Notes: generated by a model not told the origin, from the letters alone. A stretch of 24,000 nt of DNA from an uncultured Candidatus Saccharibacteria bacterium (GCA_964415875.1 CAYQCB010000011.1:1-24000); one strand, 5' to 3'. Positions 1 to 10,322 are shown, counted from the first letter of the stretch. Translations and numbers: made by a program.

Positions 1-2
1 CA

Positions 3-461
3 GTGTTCGTGCTTGCAGCCATTCTTGTGGGTGTTTTCTCCGTCACGATGGTTCATAAAAGTGGTGCCAATCCGCTTGGCGTAAGTAGCGCAAGCGCAAC
101 TGTGCACGGAGTGTCCTTGACGCTCGAACTCGCCACAACCTCCCAGAAGCGTGCTCAAGGACTTTCGGGTCGTACCAGTGTGCCCGAAAAGTACGGTATG
201 CTCTTCGTCTTTCCTAATCCTGGTATATACGGCTTCTGGATGAAGGATATGTTGGTGCCGCTTGACCTCTTCTGGTTGAACGATAAAGGACAAGTTGTTT
301 CTTTTCAGAACAGTGTTGCCACCGACACCTATCCGAATGTCTTTGAACCAACTGAGCCCGCTCTCTATGTCCTAGAGACTCGTGCGGGGTTTGCAAAGGA
401 GTACCGCGTGGCCACCGGCACAACGGTTGATTTGAAAAATATACCGAATGTTTCCGAGTAA
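3..461 (+). CDS. DUF192 family protein (5' end may be truncated by window)
   Basis: Translation with N-terminal hydrophobic segment, then ...VEL..T..ERAQGLSGR..VPEKYGMLFVF..PGIYGFWMKDMLVPLDLFWL..., typical of DUF192. Confidence 0.85.
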   Translation: MFVLAAILVGVFSVTMVHKSGANPLGVSSASATVHGVSLTLELATTSQKRAQGLSGRTSVPEKYGMLFVFPNPGIYGFWMKDMLVPLDLFWLNDKGQVVSFQNSVATDTYPNVFEPTEPALYVLETRAGFAKEYRVATGTTVDLKNIPNVSE

Positions 462-578
462 GTTATTCACAGTGTCTTTCGGTACGGCGGGAGTAGAATG
501 ACTCTACGATGCGCGACGAGTCAAAAGTGTGACGAAGTGATTCGAGTGCTCGCTATTATCCCTGCTAACTGCAACCCC

Positions 579-2975
579 ATGAGTAAACCAGCAAAAGTCT
601 CCGCTCGCGCAAAGGCGCACCGAATGCAAAGTGTCACAATGGCCTTGCCGCGTGCGCAGGTGAGCGAGACTCCAGTATCGAAAGATACGCTGCGTTACCG
701 AGAATCGATTGCGCAAATTGAGAAGCGCGATGGACGGTTGGTGGCTTTTGATTTTGATAAGATCGTTGGTGTTATTTGGAAAGCAATGGTTGCTTCAGGC
801 GAGGGAAGCCAAGCTGATGCCGTGCTTGTGGCCCACCAGGTGGCGGGCGAGCTTGCTCGGTTCGCAAAGAAGTACAAGAATTTCCTTCCCACAGTGGAAG
901 GTATCCAAGATTCTGTTGAGAAATACCTGATTCTCAATGACTACGTGAAGACGGCCAAGTCGTACATTTTGTACCGCGACAAGCGTTCGCAAATGCGCTC
1001 TGGTCACGTGGAGATTCCGGCACACGTGCAAAAACTCGTTGATGAGAGCAAGAAATACTTTGCGGGGAACGCGTTAGGAGAGTTTGTGTATCTTCGTTCC
1101 TATGCAAAGTGGATACCCGCTGAGGGACGCCGCGAGACGTGGATTGAGACCGTAGAGCGTTACATGGCCTTTATGCATGAAAACCTAGGAGAAAAACTTA
1201 CCGAGAAAGAGTACGCAGAGGTGAAAGAAGCGATTCTCACACAGCAAGTTATGCCGAGCATGCGTCTCATGCAGTTTTCTGGAGACGCAGCGCGGAGGAC
1301 CAATGTCTGTGCCTACAACTGCGCCTATATTGCACCCACAAAGCTGCAAGACTTTGCTGAAATCATGTACGTCTCCATGTGTGGCACGGGCATGGGCTTC
1401 TCAGTAGAGAGTCAAAACATTCAGGCGCTTCCGCAGATTAAGTCGCAAACAGGAGAGAAGCTCCCTACGCACGTCATTGACGACTCGAAAGAGGGTTGGT
1501 GCGACGCGCTGACACTTGGGCTAAAAACCTGGTACGACGGCAAAGACGTTTCGTTTGATTACTCGCAGATTCGACCAGCTGGTGCCCGCCTAAAGACGAT
1601 GGGCGGCAAGGCTTCGGGACCAGCGCCACTGCGCGCGCTACTCGACTCGGCGCGCGAGAAGATTTTCACTCGCCAAGGACGTCGTCTGCGCAACATAGAT
1701 GCGCACGACATTATCTGTAAAATAGGAGACTGTGTGGTGGCTGGCGGTGTGCGCCGCAGCGCCATGATCTCGCTCTCAGACCTTGATGACGAGCAAATGC
1801 GCGACGCAAAGAAGGGGCAGTTCTTCATGAGCGATCCGCACCGCTCCATTGCAAACAACTCGGCGGTTTACAATGAAAAGCCGACGAACGAGGAATTTAT
1901 GGACGAATGGATTGCTCTTATGAAAAGTCGTTCTGGCGAGCGCGGCATCTTTAACCGCAGTGGTCTCATGAAGCAATTGCCCGCGAGGCGCATTAAAGAG
2001 TGGGAGAGTACGGGGTACATAAGCAATGGTCGCGTGACGGGTCCTGCCGGCACGAACCCTTGCGGGGAAATCATCTTGAAAAGCAAGCAGTTTTGCAATT
2101 TGACCGAAGTGATTGCACGAGCCGACGACACGAAAGAGTCGCTGTTGAAGAAGGCGCGCGTCGCAACCATCCTCGGCACGTATCAGTCAACGCTCACCCA
2201 CTTCCCCTACCTCTCAAAGGACTGGACGACAAACTGTGAGAGCGAGCGACTGCTTGGCGTTTCAGTTACCGGACAGTGGGACTCTAAAGCGTCGCGCAAT
2301 CCGGAGATATTGAATGCGATGCGTGAAGAAACACAAAAAGTGAACCAAAAATACGCAAAACGCTTTGGTGTGAATGCGTCAACGGCGATCACTACCGTAA
2401 AGCCTTCAGGAACAGTCTCGCAAACGCTTGATGTGGCAAGCGGTATGCATGCGCGACATGCGCCTTACTACATCCGCCGCGTGCGCATCAGCGCTACCGA
2501 TTCGCTCTACAAGCTCATGCGCGATCAAGGTGTGACGTGCTTCCCTGAAGTGGGACAGACGGAAGACGAAGCTAATACTTTCGTGCTTGAGTTCCCGGTG
2601 AAGGCGCCGGAGGGTGCCGTCTGCAAGGACGATCTCTCCGCAATAGATCAGCTTGAGCACTGGAAGCTGGTGAAGCTCAATTATACGGAACACAATCCGT
2701 CGGTCACTATTTCAGTGGGAGACGACGAGTGGGTCGCCGTGGCAAGTTGGGTGTATGAAAATTGGGAAATCGTGGGAGGCTTGTCGTTTTTGCCCCGCAG
2801 TAACCACGTGTACCGACTTGCTCCGTACGAAGCTATCACCAAAGAGCGTTACGAAGAGCTTAAGGCCGCGTTTCCGCAGGTTGACTATGGCCGACTGCTT
2901 CAGTACGAGCGTACTGACGAAACTGAGCAGAAGCGCGAGCTTGCGTGCGCTGGAGGCACGTGTGAGATCGTATAA
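579..2975 (+). CDS. nrdJ: Adenosylcobalamin-dependent (class II) ribonucleotide reductase with N-terminal ATP-cone
   Basis: ORF open from 498; in-frame ATGs at 579 and 639. ATP-cone-like N-terminus (KRDGRLVAFDFDKIV), YVSMCGTGMGFSVE, PAGTNPCGEIILKSKQFCNLTEV, C-terminal CAGGTC cysteine pair. Confidence 0.9.
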   Translation: MSKPAKVSARAKAHRMQSVTMALPRAQVSETPVSKDTLRYRESIAQIEKRDGRLVAFDFDKIVGVIWKAMVASGEGSQADAVLVAHQVAGELARFAKKYKNFLPTVEGIQDSVEKYLILNDYVKTAKSYILYRDKRSQMRSGHVEIPAHVQKLVDESKKYFAGNALGEFVYLRSYAKWIPAEGRRETWIETVERYMAFMHENLGEKLTEKEYAEVKEAILTQQVMPSMRLMQFSGDAARRTNVCAYNCAYIAPTKLQDFAEIMYVSMCGTGMGFSVESQNIQALPQIKSQTGEKLPTHVIDDSKEGWCDALTLGLKTWYDGKDVSFDYSQIRPAGARLKTMGGKASGPAPLRALLDSAREKIFTRQGRRLRNIDAHDIICKIGDCVVAGGVRRSAMISLSDLDDEQMRDAKKGQFFMSDPHRSIANNSAVYNEKPTNEEFMDEWIALMKSRSGERGIFNRSGLMKQLPARRIKEWESTGYISNGRVTGPAGTNPCGEIILKSKQFCNLTEVIARADDTKESLLKKARVATILGTYQSTLTHFPYLSKDWTTNCESERLLGVSVTGQWDSKASRNPEILNAMREETQKVNQKYAKRFGVNASTAITTVKPSGTVSQTLDVASGMHARHAPYYIRRVRISATDSLYKLMRDQGVTCFPEVGQTEDEANTFVLEFPVKAPEGAVCKDDLSAIDQLEHWKLVKLNYTEHNPSVTISVGDDEWVAVASWVYENWEIVGGLSFLPRSNHVYRLAPYEAITKERYEELKAAFPQVDYGRLLQYERTDETEQKRELACAGGTCEIV

Positions 2976-3000
2976 CACTAAAGACGCTTCGCCATAAAAA

Positions 3001-3030
3001 TGAAAAACCGCGCTTTCGCGCGGTTTTTCA
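3001..3030. terminator. Bidirectional Rho-independent terminator between convergent nrdJ and rnpB
   Basis: TGAAAAACCGCGC-TTTC-GCGCGGTTTTTCA, 13-bp perfect arms with A/T flanks. Confidence 0.9.
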
Positions 3031-3037
3031 TTTTTAT

Positions 3038-3400
3038 GGACTTGGCCGATAAGCCGAATTCTGTCTGCCGAGCCGAAGCTCGGGAGGCGATCATTTATCT
3101 GGGACAGTAATTGCTTGCTGCCTCGAGCGGCACCTCAGTCACACGTCTTACGAAGCGTACTGATACGACCTTGCACGGGGGTAAGGATTTAGCCGTTTCA
3201 CCTCCCCGATTGCTCGGGGAACTCATCCGCATCTTTCGAAGCGGATGCTGGCGCGCTTTCGCACGCACAGCGTCTCTGCTCGCACCTCGCGCCTCACGGC
3301 GTGTGGGAATTGCCCACTACCTGACTGCCCACATGAGGCCCGTGTTCGGACTTTCCTCTCTCTTCACAAAGTGTCGAGAGTAATCGCCTGGCCAAGTCCA
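3038..3400 (-). ncRNA. rnpB: RNase P RNA (bacterial type A-like)
   Basis: Minus strand reads GGACTTGGCCAGGCGATTACTC...GAGAGGAAAGTCCGAACAC...GGGCAGTCAGGTAG...AAACGGCTAAATCC...CCAGATAAATGATCGCC...GACAGAATTCGGCTTATCGGCCAAGTCC; 5' and 3' ends pair (P1). Confidence 0.95.
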
Positions 3401-3504
3401 TGTGTATTATAACACAAAAACGAACTGTGGATGACGTGCCTTTTCATGGCGCGTGAGTTGTATACTGAACACCATTATACGTAGTAGTTTATTCCGCAGA
3501 AACC

Positions 3505-5874
3505 ATGCCCCCACAGAATTCAGCCGTTAAAAATCACTCGCTCGAATCAGCAAGTCTTTGGTCACTCATAATTACGGTCGGCGTTGCGGTGTACGCTTTT
3601 CTTCCTTTCGCGGCAACACCTTCCAGCTTAGTTAAGATTGTGGTGCTTGCAGCAGGTGCTTTGATTACACTTGCGCTCTACATACTTGCGCGGCTCTCGC
3701 GCGGTAACATTATTTTTCCGCCGGCGCTTTTGCTCGCTGCTCTATGGTTGCCTGCGATTGCCTACCTGCTCTCCTCGGCGTTTTCTGGGGTGGGCTTTAC
3801 CAGAGCACTGTGGGGTACGGCACTTGAGAGTGATACGCTCGGCTTCGTACTGGTTGCCACGGTGCTGGGGGTGCTCTCAGCGCTCATCGTGCGCAGGGCG
3901 GAGCATTTCCGAACCTTTCTCATTGCTGCAGGGTACGGTATCGCTGCATTGGTAGGCATCGAAGTACTCGTGCTTATAGTCGGGCAGTTTGCACCAAGCG
4001 TAGTGTCGCCAGCGTTCTCTCTAGTCGGGTCAATGGAGGGCCTTTCCTTTGTTGTGGGTCTCGGCATTATTGCCGCACTGCTTGCACTTCGGTTCCTTGA
4101 CTTGCCGGGGCGGGTACAAAAAATAGGCATGGGCTTCGGCGTGCTCGCACTGCTCTTGCTTGCCGTGGCCAATTCCTCAGTGGTCTGGACACTGCTCTCT
4201 CTAGTTTCGCTAGGATTGTTTGTTGAGGCTGTCATGCGTCGTCGCGCGGGTTCGATGGATCTCGACATTGAAGACTTGACGGTTGTGGGCGAGTCAGCAC
4301 CTCAAGCCGAGGGCGGATCGCACTCGCTTGTGTTGCCGCTCGTCGTGCTTGCAGTCTCGCTCTTCTTCCTTGTGGGAGGCTCTTTAAGCAGCGCGCTCGC
4401 AAACTCGCTTCACGTCGGTGTACTCAATGTCCGTCCCTCTTGGCAGTCCACGCTCGCAACGGGCCACGCAGTTTACACGTCTTCTCCGGTGTTTGGCTCT
4501 GGGCCGGGCACCTTCGGTTCGCAGTGGTTGGTGAATCGTGACAAAGGCCTCAACAGCACCATCTTCTGGGGCGTTGACTTCACCAGTGGCGTTGGCTACA
4601 TTCCGACGTCGTTCGTTACTACGGGCTTGCTGGGAGCTCTAGCGTGGTTGGTTCTCATGGGCCTCTTCCTGGTCTACGGATTCCGCACGATCATCATGCG
4701 TTCTCCGCAAGATCCGTTCATGCGCTACATGAGCATCGTGACGTTCGTGGGAACGCTCTATCTGTTTACCGTTGCCATCTTTGCGCTTCCGAGTACGGTG
4801 ATTCTCGCACTGCTCTTTGTGATGGCTGGTCTCTTTGTCTCTAGCACTCGTTACGCGCAACGAGCGGGGCAGTGGGGTGTGGTCTTCGGCCGTTCTCCAC
4901 GGCTTGGTTTCGTGATTGTGTTCGGTCTCACGTTGCTTCTCTTGGGTTCTGTCGTTGCCGCCTACGGCGTTGCTGAGCGCGCGCTCGCACTCTCAAATCT
5001 TGCCAGTGCAAACGCGGCACTAGCGGCAGGCAATCTTGACTTGGCAAACAGCAGCGCGGAGAAGGCGATCTCCTTTGCTCCTACGGCCGCTGCCTACGAA
5101 CTGCAGGCCGCAATTGCGAACGCTCACCTGAACAGTATTGTGGCCTCGACAACGCTCTCAGCAGCGGAGGCGCAGCAGGCGTTCCAGAGCGAACTTTCGA
5201 CTGGTATTAATGCAGCTCTTACCGCAACGCGGCTCGCCCCGAGAGACTATCAGGCATGGGTGGCGCTCGGAAACCTTTATGCGCAGGCGGTGCCACTGAA
5301 GGTGACCGGAGCATATGACAGCGCAAAATCAGCGTACGACACGGCTGCAAAGCTCTCGCCGACTAATCCGCAGATTCCCTACATCGTTGCGCAACTCGCC
5401 ATTGCAAACAAAGACACAGCTCTCGCGCAGCAAGAATTGAAGAATGCTATTGCGCTCAAGCAGGATTACACAGCAGCGATTTTCCTACTCTCGCAGCTTG
5501 AGGTGCAGGCCGGCAACTTGAAAGACGCGCTCTCAGCAGCTGAGGCAGCAGCGTACTTCACGCCGAACGATCCAAATATTCTCTTCCAGGTTGGGCTCTT
5601 GCGCGCTGCTTCGAACGACTTGCCGGGCGCTGTGCAAGCACTCTCTGCGGCTATTGCGGCAAACTCACAGTTCGCAAATGCGCGCTACTTCCTCTCCGCA
5701 GTGTACGCAAAGCAGGGTGACATGAGTGACGCTGAAGCGCAGTTGCAGGCTATTGCAGCTTTTTCGACAGAAAACAGCACGGCCGTTGCGCCATTGATTG
5801 CAAACTTGCAAGCAGGAAAGGACCCATTCCCAGCAAACATCCTCTCAGCTTCTTCAACGCCTGTTCAACAGTAA
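3505..5874 (+). CDS. Polytopic membrane protein (O-antigen ligase/polymerase-like) with C-terminal TPR repeats
   Basis: Many hydrophobic helices in the first ~480 aa, then TPR-like repeats (NLDLANSSAEKAISFAPTAAAYELQAAIANAH; AALTATRLAPRDYQAWVALGNLYAQA). Confidence 0.75.
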   Translation: MPPQNSAVKNHSLESASLWSLIITVGVAVYAFLPFAATPSSLVKIVVLAAGALITLALYILARLSRGNIIFPPALLLAALWLPAIAYLLSSAFSGVGFTRALWGTALESDTLGFVLVATVLGVLSALIVRRAEHFRTFLIAAGYGIAALVGIEVLVLIVGQFAPSVVSPAFSLVGSMEGLSFVVGLGIIAALLALRFLDLPGRVQKIGMGFGVLALLLLAVANSSVVWTLLSLVSLGLFVEAVMRRRAGSMDLDIEDLTVVGESAPQAEGGSHSLVLPLVVLAVSLFFLVGGSLSSALANSLHVGVLNVRPSWQSTLATGHAVYTSSPVFGSGPGTFGSQWLVNRDKGLNSTIFWGVDFTSGVGYIPTSFVTTGLLGALAWLVLMGLFLVYGFRTIIMRSPQDPFMRYMSIVTFVGTLYLFTVAIFALPSTVILALLFVMAGLFVSSTRYAQRAGQWGVVFGRSPRLGFVIVFGLTLLLLGSVVAAYGVAERALALSNLASANAALAAGNLDLANSSAEKAISFAPTAAAYELQAAIANAHLNSIVASTTLSAAEAQQAFQSELSTGINAALTATRLAPRDYQAWVALGNLYAQAVPLKVTGAYDSAKSAYDTAAKLSPTNPQIPYIVAQLAIANKDTALAQQELKNAIALKQDYTAAIFLLSQLEVQAGNLKDALSAAEAAAYFTPNDPNILFQVGLLRAASNDLPGAVQALSAAIAANSQFANARYFLSAVYAKQGDMSDAEAQLQAIAAFSTENSTAVAPLIANLQAGKDPFPANILSASSTPVQQ

Positions 5875-5893
5875 AACGCGTTAAGATAGGAGC

Positions 5894-7570
5894 ATGGTTC
5901 GCGGTCTCCTAGAACGCCTTGTCTCGCCAGTACGCGGCCTACACCAGGCCGCGTACTTGCTGGCAGCGCTCACGCTCGCTTCACAGACGATTGCGCTTTT
6001 GCGCGACCGTCTGTTTGCGCACACTTTTGGTGCGGGACCGACGCTCGACCTCTACTACGCGGCATTTCGTGTCCCCGACCTTGTCTTCGCTGTCGTTACG
6101 TCGCTCGTGAGTGCCTACGTGCTCATTCCGCGCATTACCGGCGCTGACTCTAAGACGGTCCGACGACTCCTTTCAGAATCGGCCACGTTTCTCGTGGTGG
6201 TGGGCGGCCTGTTTTGTGTCGGCATTGCGCTCTACATGCCGAACTTCTTGGGGGCGCTGTATCCAGACTTGCTTGCGTCACCGGACCACCAAGCCTTTGT
6301 CGACCTTGCACGCCTCCTGCTCCTACAGCCGATCCTGCTTGGCTTTACCGGAGTTATCGCTAGTGTTACGCAAGTGCACCGACGGTTTGTGTTGTTTGCA
6401 ATTTCACCTGTGCTCTACAACTTGGGTATCATTGCGGGTACCGTGCTTCTGTACCCGCGCTACGGTCTTATGGGTATTGGCTGGGGCGTCATAGTGGGAG
6501 CCGTGCTCTACCTGGCAGTTCAGGCACCTCTGGTGGTGCGTGCGGGCGTTTTCCCGCGCTTTGCGCTGCCAACGCGCGAGACGCTTTCAGTTATGAAAGA
6601 CTCGGTGCCGCGTTCGTTGGCGCTTGGCATGGGATCTCTCACGCTTCTCGCCCTCACCGCGCTCGCCTCGCGTATTGGTACTGGGGCCGTCTCTGTGTTT
6701 ACACTTGCAGGCAATCTGGAAGCCGTGCCGCTTGCGCTCATTGGCTCTTCGTACGCTGTGGCAGCATTTCCGGCACTTTCTGAAAATGCGCAGAAAAACC
6801 CGGAAGCGTTTCGTCGTATTCTCTCGGCGAGTGCTCGGCATATTGTGGTGTGGTCTATTGTGTTTCTGGGGATTATCGTGACGCTGCGCGCGCACTTGGT
6901 GCGCGTGATTCTGGGCTCGGGCGCGTTTGGTTGGGGTCCGACGCGCCTCACAGCTGCAATCCTTGCTGTGCTCGCTGTAGCGCTCGTCGCGCAGGGCCTG
7001 GTGCTGCTCTTCTCTCGAGCGCTCTATGCGGCTCGTCAGTCGTGGCGGCCGCTTGCGTATCAAGTGGCAGGCGGCGCCGTTACAGTAGGTCTTTCGGTTT
7101 GGTGGCTGCGCTCGCCAGACGGAGCTTTCGCGCACGCTCTTTCAGCACTGTTGCGCGTGTCCGATGTGAGCGGGTCGAGCGTGCTCCTGCTAGCGCTTGC
7201 CACAGCAGTGGGGCAAATCTTCCTCGCACTCCTTTCCGTGCTTGCCCTGCACTCAATTGCTCCCAACCTTGCTCGCGCGCTGGTGCGTCCGGTGCGCGAC
7301 GGGCTCTTTGCGGCAGTGCTTGGCGGCGGTGCTGCGTACTGCATGCTCCTCTTACTCGGGGGGATAGCACCGCTTACGTCGGTTGCCTCAGTCTTCACGC
7401 AGGGGTTGATTGCTGGTATCGTGGGTCTTACCGTCTCTGCTTTTGCGCTCTGGGTCACCCATAACCCCGAGTTCAGGGATGTTCTTAGCGCTATTACACG
7501 CCTTGCCTCTTCTCATAAGGGCGCAAAAGAAATCCTCTCGCCTTCGGCAGAAGAGCCGGCTCAGCTGTGA
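5894..7570 (+). CDS. murJ: Lipid II flippase MurJ/MviN family
   Basis: TIALLRDRLFAHTFGAGPTLDLYYAAFRVPD... typical MviN N-terminus; multi-TM; preceded by AGGAG 5 nt before ATG. Confidence 0.88.
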   Translation: MVRGLLERLVSPVRGLHQAAYLLAALTLASQTIALLRDRLFAHTFGAGPTLDLYYAAFRVPDLVFAVVTSLVSAYVLIPRITGADSKTVRRLLSESATFLVVVGGLFCVGIALYMPNFLGALYPDLLASPDHQAFVDLARLLLLQPILLGFTGVIASVTQVHRRFVLFAISPVLYNLGIIAGTVLLYPRYGLMGIGWGVIVGAVLYLAVQAPLVVRAGVFPRFALPTRETLSVMKDSVPRSLALGMGSLTLLALTALASRIGTGAVSVFTLAGNLEAVPLALIGSSYAVAAFPALSENAQKNPEAFRRILSASARHIVVWSIVFLGIIVTLRAHLVRVILGSGAFGWGPTRLTAAILAVLAVALVAQGLVLLFSRALYAARQSWRPLAYQVAGGAVTVGLSVWWLRSPDGAFAHALSALLRVSDVSGSSVLLLALATAVGQIFLALLSVLALHSIAPNLARALVRPVRDGLFAAVLGGGAAYCMLLLLGGIAPLTSVASVFTQGLIAGIVGLTVSAFALWVTHNPEFRDVLSAITRLASSHKGAKEILSPSAEEPAQL

Positions 7571-9375
7571 ATCAAGACTACCTACGCAATTTTTCCATAA
7601 TCGCCCATATCGATCACGGCAAGTCGACTCTTGCTGATCGTCTGCTTGAGAGCACGGGCACCATACCCGAGCGTCTTATGCGCGATCAGGTACTCGACAG
7701 CATGGATCTCGAGCGAGAGCGTGGTATCACCATTAAGATGCAGCCAGTGCGCATGCGCTACAGTGCGCACGACGGCACGCCGTATGTCTTGAATCTCATC
7801 GACACGCCAGGCCACATCGATTTTTCATACGAAGTCTCGCGCGCGCTCACTGCTGTGGAAGGCGTGCTGCTCTTGGTGGACTCGGCACAGGGCGTACAAG
7901 CACAGACACTCACCACCCTTGCTGCCGCTCGCTCCCAGGGCTGCGTGATTATTCCTGTTGTCTCCAAAATCGATGCTCCTTCTGCACGTCCCGACGAGGT
8001 TGCTGCAGAACTGGCGGCGCTTCTCGAAGTGGACCCTTCAACAGTGTTGCGCGTATCTGGGAAAACAGGGGCGGGAGTTGATGCGCTGCTTGAGGCTATT
8101 GTGGAGCGCGTACCGCCGCCAAACAAACTGCACAAGGATGCTCAGGAAGCGCGCGGGCTTATTTTTGACTTTTCGTACTCAACGCATCGCGGCATCACCG
8201 TGTACCTGCGAGTTTTTGACGGCACCTTCCAAAAAGGGCAGTCGCTTCGCTTTGCAGGAGCTAAGCGTGACTTTGTGGTGCTCGAAGCGGGGATTTTCGC
8301 CCCGAACGACACCCCAGTGGAGAAGCTTTCAGCTGGAGAAATTGGTTACCTTGTGACCGGCGTGAAAGAGGCTGGCGTGGTGGCAGTGGGCGACACGATA
8401 GGGGTCGGTAAAGGGGCCACTCTTCCCGCACTTCCGGGCTTCGAGCGGCCGCGCCCGGTGGTGTGGGCATCAGTGTATCCTGAAAGTCAAGACGATTTAC
8501 CTGACTTGCGCCAGGCGCTGGAGCGCCTGCGACTTTCGGATTCCTCGCTCTCTTTTGAGGAAGAATCTTCGGGTGTGTTGGGGCGCGGGTTTCGCTGCGG
8601 CTTCCTAGGATTGCTTCATCTGGAAATAGTCACGGAACGACTCAAACGTGAGTTTTCTCTGGCGCTTGTGGTCACTATTCCTACGATTTCTTACGTGGTG
8701 ACAACCACAAAGGGAGTGCGCGAGACGATTTACACGCCGGCAAAATTCCCTAGCCACGGCGATATTGCGCAAGTTGAGGAACCCTGGGCGCAAGTGACGG
8801 TAATAACGCCACCAGACTCGCTCAGCGCACTCATCCAGCTCATGTATGAGCATGAGGCCGACATGGGCGCTACCGAGACGTATCCTGACGGCCGTATAGA
8901 GCTTTCCGCGCAAATGCCGCTGCGTGAGCTTATGCGAGGTTTTTTTGACCGGCTAAAAAATATCTCTTCGGGTTATGCGAGCCTTTCCTACGAGTTGCTT
9001 CCCGAGCGCCTTGCTGACGTGGTGCGTCTCGACGTGTTGGTCGCCGACGAACTGGTGCCTGCATTTGCGCGCATTGTGGCTCGGCGGCGCGTGGAGGTGG
9101 AGGCTGAGAAAATGGTTGAACGCTTGCACACGCTTTTGCCGAAACAGCTCTTTGTAACAAAGATTCAGGCACAGGCATTGGGTCGTATTATTTCCTCTCG
9201 CACGCTCTCTGCTATGCGTAAAGATGTGACCGGGTACCTTTACGGCGGTGACATTACGCGCAAAATGAAATTGCTTGAGAAGCAAAAGCGCGGAAAGAAG
9301 AAAATGCTTTCTCGTGCGAAGGTGCATATACCTGAGGATGTGTTTATGAAAATGGTGCAGGAAAGCAACGCGTAG
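7567..9375 (+). CDS. lepA: Elongation factor 4 (LepA), GTG start overlapping murJ stop (GTGA)
   Basis: NFSIIAHIDHGKSTLADRLLE, DTPGHIDFSYEVSR, SGYASLSYELLPERLADVVRLDVLV, C-terminal ...RKKMLSRAKVHIPEDVFMKMVQ. Confidence 0.97.
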   Translation: MNQDYLRNFSIIAHIDHGKSTLADRLLESTGTIPERLMRDQVLDSMDLERERGITIKMQPVRMRYSAHDGTPYVLNLIDTPGHIDFSYEVSRALTAVEGVLLLVDSAQGVQAQTLTTLAAARSQGCVIIPVVSKIDAPSARPDEVAAELAALLEVDPSTVLRVSGKTGAGVDALLEAIVERVPPPNKLHKDAQEARGLIFDFSYSTHRGITVYLRVFDGTFQKGQSLRFAGAKRDFVVLEAGIFAPNDTPVEKLSAGEIGYLVTGVKEAGVVAVGDTIGVGKGATLPALPGFERPRPVVWASVYPESQDDLPDLRQALERLRLSDSSLSFEEESSGVLGRGFRCGFLGLLHLEIVTERLKREFSLALVVTIPTISYVVTTTKGVRETIYTPAKFPSHGDIAQVEEPWAQVTVITPPDSLSALIQLMYEHEADMGATETYPDGRIELSAQMPLRELMRGFFDRLKNISSGYASLSYELLPERLADVVRLDVLVADELVPAFARIVARRRVEVEAEKMVERLHTLLPKQLFVTKIQAQALGRIISSRTLSAMRKDVTGYLYGGDITRKMKLLEKQKRGKKKMLSRAKVHIPEDVFMKMVQESNA

Positions 9376-9407
9376 CGAGTCCTCGCTCCCGCGGTATACT
9401 GGTACGT

Positions 9408-9746
9408 ATGCGCGGGAAACAGCTTCAGCACGGGATTATCATTGGTGTAGAGGTTCTTGCGTCGGTGTGGCTTCTCTCGCTGATCTGGGGTTTGGTAGGG
9501 AAGGCGCATGTGGCAGTTACGCAAGCAGCAGACGCGCAGAGAGAGTACGCGGCGCTTGAAACTCGCAAGGTGGCTCTGACGGCTAGCATAGAGAGCTATC
9601 AAACGCCTGAGGGGCAGGATGCGGCCATACGCACTGCGTTTGGAGTTGCGCGTCCGGGCGAAGAGGTTATTGTGGTGGTGCCACCCACAACGACGGTTGC
9701 CACAGCAACTCCCTCTTTTTGGGAAAAACTGTGGAGTTGGTTCTAG
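9408..9746 (+). CDS. Septum formation initiator (FtsB/DivIC)-like small bitopic protein
   Basis: Single N-terminal TM, short coiled-coil (ALETRKVALTASIESYQTPEGQDAAIRTAFGVARPGEEVIVV), typical FtsB-like architecture. Confidence 0.65.
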   Translation: MRGKQLQHGIIIGVEVLASVWLLSLIWGLVGKAHVAVTQAADAQREYAALETRKVALTASIESYQTPEGQDAAIRTAFGVARPGEEVIVVVPPTTTVATATPSFWEKLWSWF

Positions 9747-9850
9747 TGCAAGATTTGGGCGCAGTGGCGTTCTGCGAGTATGGTTTAGTGGTAGAACACG
9801 GTGGCAGGCTGGATGCGGAATTGGCGTATCCAGCATTGCAGTGACGTTTT

Positions 9851-9924
9851 GCGGATATGGTTTAGTGGTAGAACAGTTGCTTCCCAAGCAACGGGCGGGA
9901 GTTCGATTCTCCCTATCCGCACCA
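9851..9924 (+). tRNA. tRNA-Gly(CCC), CCA encoded
   Basis: GCGGATA TG GTTTAGTGGTAGAAC A GTTGC TTCCCAA GCAAC ... GGGAG TTCGATT CTCCC TATCCGC A CCA; complete cloverleaf. Confidence 0.95.
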
Positions 9925-10322
9925 AGGGCAAATCCGGCACTACTCATTAGTGCTGGATTTGGTGGCAGGACCGGTTTTCGGTTCCGAAAACCGCTGAAAG
10001 TCGCTACGGGCTTTCAGTCCCTCGGTTGAGGCACGAGTTCGATTCTCGTATCCCGCACCGAATCTGTCTACTGGTGTCTGAGCTTGCCGCGTTTAACAAA
10101 TGCGTGGCGCAGCCTGTTGTAACCGCTGTGCATGTGCTGCGTCTGTATTTGCAGGTATTGAAGTTGCAACTTCAGGTGAACCACATGTGGTTAAAGGTAT
10201 AGTAGCCTCTGTGTTTTGGGTGCTCCGGGCGCATCGCGCATGGAGGTGCTTCATGAAGTAATTTTTGCCTCAGCGCGTAGTAATAAGTGAGAAAGCAGCG
10301 TTATAAGCTTTAGCAAAACTGT

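Noticed and set aside
9619-10029. 136-aa plus-strand ORF across the tRNA-Gly region
   Set aside because: Reads through the tRNA-Gly gene and structured spacers; overlaps the FtsB-like gene out of frame.
9961-10060. Complete tRNA with long variable arm ending in ATCCCGCACCG
   Set aside because: T-arm and acceptor-like 3' strand are present, but there is no proper D-arm, and the 5' acceptor pairing requires bulges; kept only as a tRNA remnant/tRNA-like finding.
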